Source of the DNA: Escherichia coli
GTDB lineage: Bacteria > Pseudomonadota > Gammaproteobacteria > Enterobacterales > Enterobacteriaceae
Assembly: GCF_003334315.1 (NCBI RefSeq)
Contig: NZ_QOWR01000018.1
Length of the DNA: 64,000 nucleotides
Reading direction: 5' to 3' (one strand)
Shown here: one piece after another, positions 20,483 through 29,942 of the stretch
How positions within the stretch are numbered: position 1 is the stretch's first letter
Layout: each line of letters begins with the position of its first letter
Position numbers and translations under genes: made by a program
Notes under the pieces: generated by a model
Told to the model about the DNA's origin: nothing
Databases searched by the model: none
What the model saw: the letters and a program-made list of their open reading frames with translations, nothing else

Positions 20483-21778
20483 TTAATTTTTCATTGCTTC
20501 GTTATGGGGCATGGTTGGGGCAAACTCGCTTAACTGTGTATTTAACAAAGCTACCTGTGCATTATTGTTTTCAGACATCCATTTTCCGTATACCTGAAAT
20601 ACCATTTGCGCATCTGCATGGCCCATCTGGTTTGCTATAAATGCCGGGTTAGCACCAGCTGTCAGCGACCAGCAGGCATAAGTATGTCTCGACTGATATG
20701 ATTTTCGATGGCGGAGTCCGGCACGTTTTATCGCTGCGTCCCACATCTGCCTTATTGAGTCAACGGTAAAATGGTCACCATAATTTTTTACTCTCGCTGA
20801 CACTTCAGGTTGAAAAACAAAGGTGCATTTTTGTTTTTCTGTTCTGCCATACTCTCTGAGGTGAACATCAATGATATGCTCTTTGCTCAGTCTCGTTAAT
20901 GTCATCTGGCTCCGGAGAGCGTCGATTGCTGGCTTAATAAGATGAATGACCCGATTGGTTCCCGCCTGTGTTTTTGGTACCGTGAAACGGTCTTTTGCTA
21001 AATTTCTCCTGATCATCATTGTTCCATTTTTCAGATCTATGTCCTCCCATCCAAGTGCACACAGCTCACCAGGGCGAACGCCAGTATAAACAGAAACACA
21101 CCATAAATTTTTTGCTTGCTGATTTCTGCACGCATCGATAAGACGGATAAATTCCTCCCGCGAAAGAGGATCCGGAATGGTTCTTGATTCCTTTAATGGC
21201 GAGATCCCCTTAAGCGGATTATCTGGCAGGTAACCGTTATCAACACCAAACTGGAACACGGCGTTAAGATTTGTCATGTAATTATTTACAGTTACAGCCG
21301 ATCGCCCTGGTTGTGTAACAATATAGTTACTTTTGGGGATCTGGTATCCAGTCAGTAGCTCTTTACGAACCTCCAGTAATTTTTCTTTATTAATCGATGA
21401 GGCAAGATTTTTTTCACCGATTATGCTCAGGATATTTTTGATGACGGCACGGTATGTGTTGAGTGATGTTTTGGCGACTTCAGTTTCTTTCAGTGCCAGA
21501 AATTTTTCAGCCAGTTCTTTTATGGTTAAATCTTGTCGGGCCTCACCAAATTTTTCCAGATTGCGTGAGGAGGGAAACTGTTTTGCATAGTCGAAAACAC
21601 CAGTTTTTATTGCGTAACAAACAGAGGAGCGTAGTTCACCTGCAACGCGCCTGTTTTTTGCTGTGTCAGGAACCCCCAGATTTTCCCTGACTCTTACGCC
21701 TTTATAAACAAACCAGATACGTAATTTCCCTCCATGGTTTTCCACGCCTGTCGGATATTTCATTTCAACTTCTCTCAT
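20483..21778 (-). CDS. Phage tyrosine integrase (431 aa)
   Basis: C-terminal catalytic region with R...HxxR...Y pattern; located at the prophage edge and transcribed toward the junction. Confidence 0.85.
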   Translation of the reverse strand: MREVEMKYPTGVENHGGKLRIWFVYKGVRVRENLGVPDTAKNRRVAGELRSSVCYAIKTGVFDYAKQFPSSRNLEKFGEARQDLTIKELAEKFLALKETEVAKTSLNTYRAVIKNILSIIGEKNLASSINKEKLLEVRKELLTGYQIPKSNYIVTQPGRSAVTVNNYMTNLNAVFQFGVDNGYLPDNPLKGISPLKESRTIPDPLSREEFIRLIDACRNQQAKNLWCVSVYTGVRPGELCALGWEDIDLKNGTMMIRRNLAKDRFTVPKTQAGTNRVIHLIKPAIDALRSQMTLTRLSKEHIIDVHLREYGRTEKQKCTFVFQPEVSARVKNYGDHFTVDSIRQMWDAAIKRAGLRHRKSYQSRHTYACWSLTAGANPAFIANQMGHADAQMVFQVYGKWMSENNNAQVALLNTQLSEFAPTMPHNEAMKN

Positions 21779-21797
21779 TAGTTAGTGTGGCTTTTAG

Positions 21798-22049
21798 TCA
21801 AGTAAGATGACGTCTTGGTCTCGCTGATGCCTGGCGCTCAATCCAGCGATCAATTTCTTCCAGGTTGTAAAAGCATGGACTGTTATCCCATGGCATACCG
21901 TCATGAGCGACATGCTTATATTCCCTTCCTTCCATAAACGATTTTTCCCGGGCCTTTTTTAACGTACCTTTTTTTATTCCTTTCAGCGCAATTAACTGCT
22001 CTTCGGATACCCATTTGCCGGGAGAGACAATCATGATTACTTCGCTCAT
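21798..22049 (-). CDS. Putative excisionase / small DNA-binding protein
   Basis: Small basic ORF immediately upstream of int in the same orientation; function by position. Confidence 0.5.
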   Translation of the reverse strand: MSEVIMIVSPGKWVSEEQLIALKGIKKGTLKKAREKSFMEGREYKHVAHDGMPWDNSPCFYNLEEIDRWIERQASARPRRHLT

Positions 22050-22121
22050 CGATTTCTTTATCTCTTACATCAGACGAGCGCCGGTTGCAGAATACCAGTC
22101 ACAACCGGCGACAGTTGAACA

Positions 22122-24593
22122 TTAAGAATCAGCCTGACTCGGGATCAGTTTTTGCCAGATAACTGAAACGTATTTTGCCTGGTAACGGGCGTCATCAAGT
22201 GCATTATGGCGCTCACCTTCGAATGGAATAGCCGTTCTGGCATCGAAGTCTATGGCTTTCCCCAGCTCAACGATTGTGCGTACATCGCGATCGTTGTAGT
22301 AACGCCACGGGCAGGGGATCCCCTGCCGTTCGTATGAACGGCGCAAAATCGTGTTGTCGAAGTTGGCTCCATTTCCCCAAACCTGAACAAAAAATTCACC
22401 GGAGTTTTCGTCGATAAATTCCCGCAATTGTAACAGTGCATCATCTAACGGGATTTCATCGGTCATAATGGCAGATTGCGCTTCGCGTGATTGCTTAAGC
22501 CACCATTTAATGGTGTTCCGATCAATGACTCCGCCAGCAGTTTCCAGATCGATAGTCTTACTAAATTCCGGTCCCATATCTCCGGTTTGCGGATCGAAAA
22601 ATATTGCACCTATTGAGATGATCGGGGCATCAGGATTTTTTCCCATGGTTTCAAGGTCGATCATTAGATGGTCACACGTCCTGCTGGTGGATGTGATTTC
22701 GTGATGACCGTTCACCTTAATTGAGTGATCTGCCGTCTCGCCAGTTTCATTATCGCTATTGTGATGCTGATTGCCGCCAGTGTTCTCCTTGTGTGGATGT
22801 TCAGCGCCTTCCATTTCCTCCGGATCATCTTCCTGAACTTCAACCTGATATTCTTCATCGAATGTTTCTTGATATGTTGCGTCGCCCATCACCGCGCCAC
22901 AATCAGGGCAGTTGCCGCCGCCGGTCTGACCGCAGGCGGTGCAGACTTTTTCCACTTCCTGTTGCGCCACTGGTTCAGGCTGTTTCGTTTCTGGCTCGTT
23001 TTGTAACGCATTTGTGCTGTTTTGTTCCGCTTTTTGGTAGTTCCGTTCCGATTTATGCTGGTTCTGGTTCACAGAATCGCGGGTCTGGATCCCCTTAACC
23101 CATTTCGGATCATTCGGGTCACTAATCCCTTCAACAAATTCACCACGTGATGCAGCAAGCAACTTATCGGCGTCAGGCTGGCTGATATTGGCTGCCTGCA
23201 TAATTTTGTTTACTTCGTCAGCGGTAACTTTTATCGGCTCTGGTTGTTCTGAATCTTCAGCGGTATCTACATTTTGCGGTAAGCCCGTGTATGTGCCATT
23301 TTTTCGGGCAAAATATTCTTCTTTTGTGATTTCAGTGGCGCCAGCAGCCAGTGCCTTATCCAGACCAGAAAGTTTGTTTGCGCGACCGTATTTTTCTCCG
23401 TCCTTATCTGCGAAGAGGAAATAGAACGGCCCCTCACGCTCTACAGATGGTTCAGCTTCCGGCGCGGTTTCATTTTTTGGGATATCAGATACCTCAGTTT
23501 CCACTGCATCAGTTTGTGTTTCTGATGACTGGAGAACATCAACAGTGCCCAGGTCTGTTTCTTCATTCTCAAACACGCCCTTTGTCGTCAGGTATTCGCA
23601 GATATATTTGTTCAGTGCTATGGGATCTTTGTGAATGTCGATCGGACGCTCACGGACAAGGCCAAAAATAGTCTGGCGGTCGTAGCGAAGGGCATCAGGC
23701 TGTTTGCGCATTGATGCCGAGATACGCTTCCAGTCTTCGCGGTCGTTGTCGATAACTTCTTTTTTTGCCCAGCGATGGATGCTGCCGTCAATGTTTCCGG
23801 CATCCACATCACCAGGCCAGAGAGCGTAGGCCAGTTCGTCATCCAGTGTTTTCCATGTCTGCTTGTATTCGCGATGAATGGCAGCAATGACCGGGCTGAT
23901 TTTTCCTGTTGAATTTTCAGTGTACTGTTGATTGGCTCTGGCGCGGGCGAGATCAACAACAGACGTGTATTTTCCGGTTTCCTTGCGTTCACCTTCGCGA
24001 CGTTTTTTCCAGATGCGCATCTCTGCCTGAATTTCGGGCCATTTAGCACCAGGAATACATTTATGCTTAACCCACCCAATGGCGTGCAACTTAAGCTCCG
24101 GATACATGGCGTTAACTTCTGGCATTTTCATCAACGCTTCAACGATATGTCCGTCGAATGTTGCCATGTCTTCCTGCAACAATTCCTGTGCGCTAATAAC
24201 CATATCAACGGTGATGTTTTCACATGTGTCGAACTTAACCATGACAGCGTTCTGTACTTCAGGGGCCAGCTTGTCAAAAGTGACGTTCATCGGATCGGAT
24301 TCAGTCTCAACCGGGACAAAAGAAGCAGACTCCTCATCCCAGCGGTTTTCCTGCATATATTCAGCATCCCATGAATCGAGGGCAGGGCGGGGTATGCCAG
24401 GTTTATCCTCGCAGACAATAAATTTATAAGCGCAGTCCTGAGCAGCCGGATAATGTTCCAGGAACTGCCAGTGAAATTTTGCTCGAGCACGGCGTTCGTC
24501 GCCAGCTTCAATGGCTGTGGCTACAGCCACAGCGCCTTCTTCCCTTGTTGCCAGTTCGTCAGGAATAGCGGCGCAAATAAAGACTTTACTCAT
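22122..24593 (-). CDS. Large prophage exonuclease (823 aa) with C-terminal DnaQ-like DEDDh 3'-5' exonuclease domain
   Basis: C-terminal motifs MIDLETMG ... HNALDDARYQAKY; central acidic low-complexity linker with a CxxC...CPDCG zinc ribbon; a central stretch resembles RecE as I recall it. Confidence 0.6.
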   Translation of the reverse strand: MSKVFICAAIPDELATREEGAVAVATAIEAGDERRARAKFHWQFLEHYPAAQDCAYKFIVCEDKPGIPRPALDSWDAEYMQENRWDEESASFVPVETESDPMNVTFDKLAPEVQNAVMVKFDTCENITVDMVISAQELLQEDMATFDGHIVEALMKMPEVNAMYPELKLHAIGWVKHKCIPGAKWPEIQAEMRIWKKRREGERKETGKYTSVVDLARARANQQYTENSTGKISPVIAAIHREYKQTWKTLDDELAYALWPGDVDAGNIDGSIHRWAKKEVIDNDREDWKRISASMRKQPDALRYDRQTIFGLVRERPIDIHKDPIALNKYICEYLTTKGVFENEETDLGTVDVLQSSETQTDAVETEVSDIPKNETAPEAEPSVEREGPFYFLFADKDGEKYGRANKLSGLDKALAAGATEITKEEYFARKNGTYTGLPQNVDTAEDSEQPEPIKVTADEVNKIMQAANISQPDADKLLAASRGEFVEGISDPNDPKWVKGIQTRDSVNQNQHKSERNYQKAEQNSTNALQNEPETKQPEPVAQQEVEKVCTACGQTGGGNCPDCGAVMGDATYQETFDEEYQVEVQEDDPEEMEGAEHPHKENTGGNQHHNSDNETGETADHSIKVNGHHEITSTSRTCDHLMIDLETMGKNPDAPIISIGAIFFDPQTGDMGPEFSKTIDLETAGGVIDRNTIKWWLKQSREAQSAIMTDEIPLDDALLQLREFIDENSGEFFVQVWGNGANFDNTILRRSYERQGIPCPWRYYNDRDVRTIVELGKAIDFDARTAIPFEGERHNALDDARYQAKYVSVIWQKLIPSQADS

Positions 24594-24686
24594 TTTGTTT
24601 TAACCTCATGACAGATTTAAGGATGAACAAATCCCTGCCATTGCTGGCATATAAGAATGAAACCGGATATTTATTACGGAACTGTT

Positions 24687-24878
24687 TTAAAGACCTGCCG
24701 GGATTTCGATATTATCCTGGTGAATAACTTTATCGACCGGGTAACAGTTACCGGGAATTTTCTGTTCGGTTGCTGCAGTCATACACTCCTGCATTGTCCT
24801 GTGAACACTGACTGCAATATCAACTGGCTCTCCGGAAACAAGAAAAACTGTCAGAACAAGCGCAAATGCTGAATTCAT
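24687..24878 (-). CDS. ydfD: YdfD-like small lysis/membrane protein (63 aa)
   Basis: Start ATG overlaps the dicB stop (ATGA); N-terminal hydrophobic segment; matches Qin ydfD as I recall it. Confidence 0.65.
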   Translation of the reverse strand: MNSAFALVLTVFLVSGEPVDIAVSVHRTMQECMTAATEQKIPGNCYPVDKVIHQDNIEIPAGL

Positions 24879-25063
24879 TGTGCACATCCTTTTGGCATCA
24901 GACGTAAACGAGCCAGCATTGAAACAATGCATATTTTATTTAATAGCTCCCGTTCTTGTTTTCTCTTGTTAATGGCATCTTCAGTAAATACAGGGTTACT
25001 GATAGTGACACCAATTTCAAAACAACCTTCAGACGTATTAACGTTTGGTAATAACGTTTTCAT
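24875..25063 (-). CDS. dicB: Cell division inhibitor DicB (62 aa)
   Basis: Translation MKTLLPNVNTSEGCFEIGVTISNPVFTEDAINKRKQERELLNKICIVSMLARLRLMPKGCAQ; SD GAGGA upstream. Confidence 0.8.
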   Translation of the reverse strand: MKTLLPNVNTSEGCFEIGVTISNPVFTEDAINKRKQERELLNKICIVSMLARLRLMPKGCAQ

Positions 25064-25235
25064 TATCGCGTCCTCAACAATGAATTTTGTGATGCAGTGC
25101 CTGGTGCCTCCAGGTGACGTTAACCAGTTAACAATTAACGCCGGATACAGAGAATCCACCCATAACACTGTTTTTGGTTTTAACTGTTCCGCGTGCGCTT
25201 AGCCGCATTCACCGCATCACAAAATTCACTTTAAA

Positions 25236-25290
25236 AACGGCGGCAGAGCAGTCACGGAGTAAAACTGATACCGCCAAACGTCACCAGAAA
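25236..25290 (-). ncRNA. dicF: DicF small regulatory RNA
   Basis: Reverse complement reads TTTCTGGTGACGTTTGGCGGTATCAGTTTTACTCCGTGACTGCTCTGCCGCCG followed by a T-run, matching DicF as I recall it; lies between the ydfA/B/C-like ORFs and dicB as in Qin. Confidence 0.7.
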
Positions 25291-25565
25291 ATTGATAACA
25301 GAGGGCGTTGCAGCGGGGTTGTCACTTAAGCGTATGGTCAACCTGACAACTCGGTGTCCTCAACGGGGAAGGAATAACCCCGCCATACTTACCGCCGCGC
25401 CATTTCGCGGGTTGCCACAACCGGAAGCGCACGGTCGAATTAAATTTAACGACACCGTACAGTGAGACGAACTTCGCCGTGCGCTTTCGTGTTGTGTGCC
25501 TGCTTTTAACCACGTCAGGCGAGGTGGTATCCTTCTTATTCCGAATAACCAAGAAGGAAATCTAT

Positions 25566-25766
25566 ATGACTAAAGAAGAATTTGTCTCTTATATTTTTGA
25601 TAAAACGGTTGAAATGTATGCCGCTACTTACGGGTCCTGTAATCCTCTGAATAAACCAGAGGGGAAAGATGATTTCGACAAAATTTACCGCTTCTTGGAG
25701 GACCGCTATATCAAAAGGTTAGAGGACGCAGGGATCAAATCCCCAGTGAAGTCACCATTGTCCTGA
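25566..25766 (+). CDS. Hypothetical 66-aa protein on the strand opposite the early-left operon
   Basis: ATG preceded by AAGGAA SD; no recognisable family. Confidence 0.4.
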   Translation: MTKEEFVSYIFDKTVEMYAATYGSCNPLNKPEGKDDFDKIYRFLEDRYIKRLEDAGIKSPVKSPLS

Positions 25767-26112
25767 GAACTTGCAGGACGTCATGATCGTAACTTCCATC
25801 CAAACCGCGACGGCAAATTGCTTCTCGTATTACCGGAAGCAGTTCGCTGGAAATCTCGGTGCATATTTCACCTGCTAATACGCCTGGCTCAAGTGAGAAT
25901 ATTGGTGAACTTACGGTCTTGGTCTCGACAGTTTCAGAGTCAGTGCCAACATTATAAAGCTCAACGAAAGCGGTCTTGATTTTCCGGGCCAGATCTTTTG
26001 CTGGCTCGCTTGCAATATCTTTCCCGATTTCTCGCAGCACAGAATGCAATGTATGAGCTGCTGTTTTCTGTACATCAGACGGTAAATCTTTAAATTCCAT
26101 CGTCAGCCTCAT
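25735..26112 (-). CDS. Hypothetical early-left protein (YdfB/YdfC position)
   Basis: ORF between the ydfA-like gene and dicF; start uncertain (MEFKDLP likely). Confidence 0.45.
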   Translation of the reverse strand: MRLTMEFKDLPSDVQKTAAHTLHSVLREIGKDIASEPAKDLARKIKTAFVELYNVGTDSETVETKTVSSPIFSLEPGVLAGEICTEISSELLPVIREAICRRGLDGSYDHDVLQVLRTMVTSLGI

Positions 26113-26264
26113 CAGTCAGTGTTTCTGGCTAACCAGCAACGCGCGCCAGATTCGGTTTTAAACGTTTTGCTTTTGGTATATGTCATCGCGGTGAACGTAC
26201 CGTCCTGGTTGGGGAACACGCCACATACCAGAGATTCGCTGTTGCCAAGATCGATAGTATCCAT
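26112..26264 (-). CDS. ydfA: YdfA-like small protein (50 aa)
   Basis: MDTIDLGNSESLVCGVFPNQDGTFTAMTYTKSKTFKTESGARCWLARNTD; first gene of the leftward operon downstream of the repressor. Confidence 0.65.
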   Translation of the reverse strand: MDTIDLGNSESLVCGVFPNQDGTFTAMTYTKSKTFKTESGARCWLARNTD

Positions 26265-26377
26265 GCTGACCTCATTTCCCCTTAACGCCGGGGTAGCGGA
26301 ACTGTTTGCTGAGAACACCGTGCGGTGTGTTGATGGAGGTAATTTAGTTTTCTCATTATTTTTCGTCAAGGTTTTTT

Positions 26378-26416
26378 GATGAGAAAACTCAAGTATTGGC
26401 GCAAGATAAAGCCAAT
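26378..26416. promoter_or_regulatory. Candidate operator / early-left control region
   Basis: 20-bp motif TGAGAAAACTCAAGTATTGG (repeated at 26915-26934) followed by palindrome TATTGGC-N10-GCCAATA. Confidence 0.4.
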
Positions 26417-26456
26417 ACATTGAAATGTAAGGCTTTAAAATTTTGTGAAGGGATGA

Positions 26457-26864
26457 TTATTGATGCTTGTTGCGTTTGCGAGCCTCTAATAGCTCGGTGA
26501 ACAGGCGATTAAAATTCTCAACGCGGGCGCGGAGTTCGCTGAGTTGTGCTTGTTGCTCTGATTTAGGAAGTGCGCGATACAAACGCAGCATCTCTAACTC
26601 ATCTTCCGATAAGTCTAAGGCACTATCGAGTGAAACAGGGGGAGCTGGTGTTTTGTCCTCGTCGCCAAACAGTATCCAGGTTGGTGAACATTGCAATACC
26701 TCGGCGAGGCGATGCAAATTTTGCCCACGCGGGGCTGTATGGTCACTTTCCCATAATGAAATTGATGAGCCAGATACGCCAGCAGCTTTGCTTAAACCGT
26801 TTTGACTTAAGCCTACCTGCTTACGTCTTTCTCTAATGCGTTGACCTAAAGTTTTCTCGTTCAT
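26457..26864 (-). CDS. DicA-like HTH (XRE-family) prophage repressor
   Basis: MNEKTLGQRIRERRKQVGLSQNGLSKAAGVSGSSISLWE HTH and LQCSPTWILFGDEDK tail, closely resembling DicA. Confidence 0.85.
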   Translation of the reverse strand: MNEKTLGQRIRERRKQVGLSQNGLSKAAGVSGSSISLWESDHTAPRGQNLHRLAEVLQCSPTWILFGDEDKTPAPPVSLDSALDLSEDELEMLRLYRALPKSEQQAQLSELRARVENFNRLFTELLEARKRNKHQ

Positions 26865-26941
26865 ATTTAGATATCTTAATAACCCTTGACTTGAGATTCC
26901 TTGAGTGATTAGCATTGAGAAAACTCAATATTGGAGGTGCG

Positions 26942-27169
26942 ATGTTTAAATCAGACGTAATTAATTTTTACGGTACGAAAGCCAAAGTAGCGAAAGCTGC
27001 TGGCGTTGACCCATCTGCTGTTTCTCAATGGCAAGAGCTGGTTCCTGAAGGTCGCGCGATGCGTCTACAGGAGGCATCTGGCGGGGAGCTTCTGTATGAT
27101 CCCAAGGTTTATGACGAATATCGTAAGACGAAGCGGGCGGGGCGGTTGAACAATGAAAATCACTCCTGA
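26942..27169 (+). CDS. DicC-like Cro-type regulator
   Basis: Divergent from the repressor; ...VPEGRAMRLQEASGGELLYDPKVYDEYRKTKRAGRLNNENHS resembles DicC; GGAGG SD. Confidence 0.75.
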   Translation: MFKSDVINFYGTKAKVAKAAGVDPSAVSQWQELVPEGRAMRLQEASGGELLYDPKVYDEYRKTKRAGRLNNENHS

Positions 27170-27674
27170 ACAGGCTCGTGAGGCTCTGGATGCCTGGATA
27201 TGTCGACCAGGAATGACACAGGAGCAGGCGACGATATTAATCACTGAAGCATTCTGGGCTTTGAAAGAGCGCCCGAACATCGATGTTCAGCGTGTCACAG
27301 ATGAAGGTGGCGCGGTTGATCAGCGAGCGCTTGGCGTTAATCGAGTGAAGATATTCGAACGCTGGAAGGCTATCGACACCAGGGATAAGCGTGAAAAGTT
27401 CACGGCGCTAGTGCCTGCAATTATGGAGGCTATCCGGATTAATGATTTCAGGTTGTATCGTGAAATTAGTGACGGAAAAAGCATCACGTACATGATCGCC
27501 GGGTTAAACAAAGAATATGGCGATGTGGTGGAGTCCGGACTGCTTTTTGCTGATCCTGCCGTAGTGGATCGTGAAACTGACGAACTTATAGAAAAAGCAA
27601 TTGCTTTCAAACTTGCGTATCGACAGCAATACCAACAAAAAGCTGGATGGAATTATGAGCCTTCTTTTTGCTGA
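27153..27674 (+). CDS. Hypothetical early protein (possibly YdaT-family)
   Basis: Follows the Cro-like gene with a 17-bp overlap; family assignment by position only. Confidence 0.4.
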   Translation: MKITPEQAREALDAWICRPGMTQEQATILITEAFWALKERPNIDVQRVTDEGGAVDQRALGVNRVKIFERWKAIDTRDKREKFTALVPAIMEAIRINDFRLYREISDGKSITYMIAGLNKEYGDVVESGLLFADPAVVDRETDELIEKAIAFKLAYRQQYQQKAGWNYEPSFC

Positions 27675-28620
27675 ACGCCCACTGGTTATAAACACACAGC
27701 TTGCGATGAAGATTGGCTTAAATGAAGCCATTGTGTTGCAGCAGTTGCATTACTGGTTGAGAGATACCAATTCCGGCATGGAATGTGATGGTGTTCGCTG
27801 GATTTACAACACAACGGAACAATGGCTGGAACAGTTCCCATTCTGGTCAGAGTCAACGTTAAAGCGCGCGTTTGCAAGTCTGAAAACGCTGGGGCTTTTG
27901 CGTTGTGAAAAGCTCAATAAATCAAAGCGCGATATGACCAATTTCTACACGATCAACTATGGGAGCGAGCTTTTAGATGGTGGCAAATTGAACGAATCCA
28001 TCGGTTCAAAATGCGCCGCTCCATCAGGTCAAAATGACACGATGGAAGAGGTCAAAATGAAACGCTCCATTGGTTCAAAACGACCCAATGTCATCGGGTC
28101 AAAATGGCCTGATGATCTTACAGAGAATACAACAGAGATTACTACAGAGAATAAAAACACTTTTCGTCCGGAAGCTTCGCAACCGGACCCGCAGACCGCT
28201 GAACAGGATTTTTTAATCCGGAACCCCGACGCGGTTGTGTTTAGTGCGAAAAAACGCCAGTGGGGTAGCAGGGAGGATTTGGCGTGTGCGCAGTGGATTT
28301 GGGGGCGGATCGTGAACCTTTACGAACAGGCTGCCAGCGACGATGGAGAGATCATGCGACCAAAAGAGCCTAACTGGACAGCCTGGGCCAATGACGTGCG
28401 CACAATGCGGATGCTGGATGGCAGAAGCCACAGACAAATTTGCGAAATGTTTGGTCGGGTACAGCGAGATCCATTCTGGGTAAAAAACATCATGAGCCCG
28501 TCAAAACTCCGCGAAAAATGGGACGAACTGGTCATCCGCTTGGGACGTTCACCTGTACAGCGTTGTGTGAATCATATTTCTGAACCGGATACAGAAATTC
28601 CGCCTGGTTTCAGGGGATAA
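27655..28620 (+). CDS. Phage replication initiation / replisome organizer protein
   Basis: N-terminal winged-helix-like segment (LVINTQLAMKIGLNEAIVLQQLHYWL) typical of phage O/DnaD-like initiators; serine/threonine-rich linker; C-terminal domain. Confidence 0.6.
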   Translation: MSLLFAERPLVINTQLAMKIGLNEAIVLQQLHYWLRDTNSGMECDGVRWIYNTTEQWLEQFPFWSESTLKRAFASLKTLGLLRCEKLNKSKRDMTNFYTINYGSELLDGGKLNESIGSKCAAPSGQNDTMEEVKMKRSIGSKRPNVIGSKWPDDLTENTTEITTENKNTFRPEASQPDPQTAEQDFLIRNPDAVVFSAKKRQWGSREDLACAQWIWGRIVNLYEQAASDDGEIMRPKEPNWTAWANDVRTMRMLDGRSHRQICEMFGRVQRDPFWVKNIMSPSKLREKWDELVIRLGRSPVQRCVNHISEPDTEIPPGFRG

Positions 28621-28660
28621 GTGTTGATTTCAGGTCATGAGGTAATTTTAAGGAGGACTT

Positions 28661-29083
28661 GTGGCAAAAGTTTTTACACAGGAAGAGCGGGAAAAAATTA
28701 AAGAGCAGGTGGTCGAACTTGTGCGCCAGAGCGGTCGCGAGACATTACGACAGTTGGAAGCTAAAACAGGTGCGACAAGATATCTGATGAGCATTCTTGC
28801 CAGAGAGCTGGTTGCCAGTGGTTATGTATACAACTCCGGCTACGGGTTATTCCCGTCTGAACAGGCACGAAAGGACTGGCAAAATGCCCGCAAAAAACTC
28901 TCTAGGGCGAAGGTGAAGAAACCCGCTGTGGTTGATCCGGACCTTATCTGGTCACTACCTGATGGAGAAATACGTCGCTACGACAGTCGTCTAAACATAA
29001 TCTGTCGCGAGTGCCGGAAGAGTGAAGCTATGCAGCGTGTACTGGCTTTCTATCAGGGTAATTTTCAGGAGGCGGTACTGTGA
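28661..29083 (+). CDS. Hypothetical protein (140 aa) in the replication module
   Basis: ORF with SD; no Walker motifs, so not a DnaC-type helicase loader. Confidence 0.45.
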   Translation: MAKVFTQEEREKIKEQVVELVRQSGRETLRQLEAKTGATRYLMSILARELVASGYVYNSGYGLFPSEQARKDWQNARKKLSRAKVKKPAVVDPDLIWSLPDGEIRRYDSRLNIICRECRKSEAMQRVLAFYQGNFQEAVL

Positions 29084-29590
29084 GTGAAATTAGCTATCAG
29101 GCTTCAATTACCGCTGGCATTCGCATCAAAGGAGAGGAGCATGGAAATAAAACCAGAGGATTAGTTAAGCAATATCGTTTTATTTCCGATAAAAGAGGAT
29201 GACCCTCGTAATCAGGTTAATTTTCTTTATGAGCCATCGGAAAGACCATATTGCCATCACGCTTCTGTCCGGGTTGACGAAAAAGAGCGTCAGGTCCGCT
29301 GTAAAATCTGAGGTGCAGTTGTGGAGCCATTTGACTGGATGCTCTCTGTGGCGAAAAGAGAAACCAGACTGGCAGATGATGTAAGGCTCTTGCGCCAGGA
29401 GGAACGGGAAAGACGAAAAAATATAGAAAAGCTAATTCAGATTGAGCGTAACGGGAAAGCGCGGATACGCAGGGTGACAAAATCCAGAACTGAATAATTA
29501 AATTTAGCACTGTTAAAAATTTAATCCTTAACCGGAGGGATTTCTGCACCCTCAGAACATCAGGAGGCCGCCCGAAAGGGCGGTAGTTAA

Positions 29591-29728
29591 ATGCGAAAGT
29601 TTAAAATAATTATTGAAACGGGAATAGCCGGTGGAGATTTCGAGGATGAATTCGAAGTGGATAATGATGCGACGCCTGATGAAATACATGACGAAGCAAA
29701 AGATATTTTCTTTAACTACTGCAATTAA
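29591..29728 (+). CDS. Small acidic protein (45 aa)
   Basis: ATG after an AGGAGG-containing region with a perfect 6-bp hairpin (CCGCCC-GAAA-GGGCGG); 13 of 45 residues are D/E. Confidence 0.4.
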   Translation: MRKFKIIIETGIAGGDFEDEFEVDNDATPDEIHDEAKDIFFNYCN

Positions 29729-29765
29729 TCATATCACGAAATAAAAGACGAAGAGGAAGAACAAA

Positions 29766-29942
29766 ATGGCTGATTTTGGTTCAACTAAATACAACGTCGG
29801 TTTTGAAGAATGGCATGAACTGTTAATGGACTATGCAGAGTTACGTGGTGGCAGTGCTGCTGATGCTGAAGCATGGCGTGATGATTATGAAGCAGGAAAA
29901 ACTCCGGTCGAAGCATATTGTGATGAGTGGGGCGATGAATGA
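29766..29942 (+). CDS. Small acidic protein (58 aa)
   Basis: AAGAGGAAGA SD 6 nt upstream; about 15 of 58 residues are D/E. Confidence 0.45.
   Translation: MADFGSTKYNVGFEEWHELLMDYAELRGGSAADAEAWRDDYEAGKTPVEAYCDEWGDE

Noticed and set aside
29084-29202. Possible 40-aa ORF starting with GTG right after the 140-aa replication-module gene
   Set aside because: No clear ribosome-binding site, no recognisable features; kept out of the feature list.
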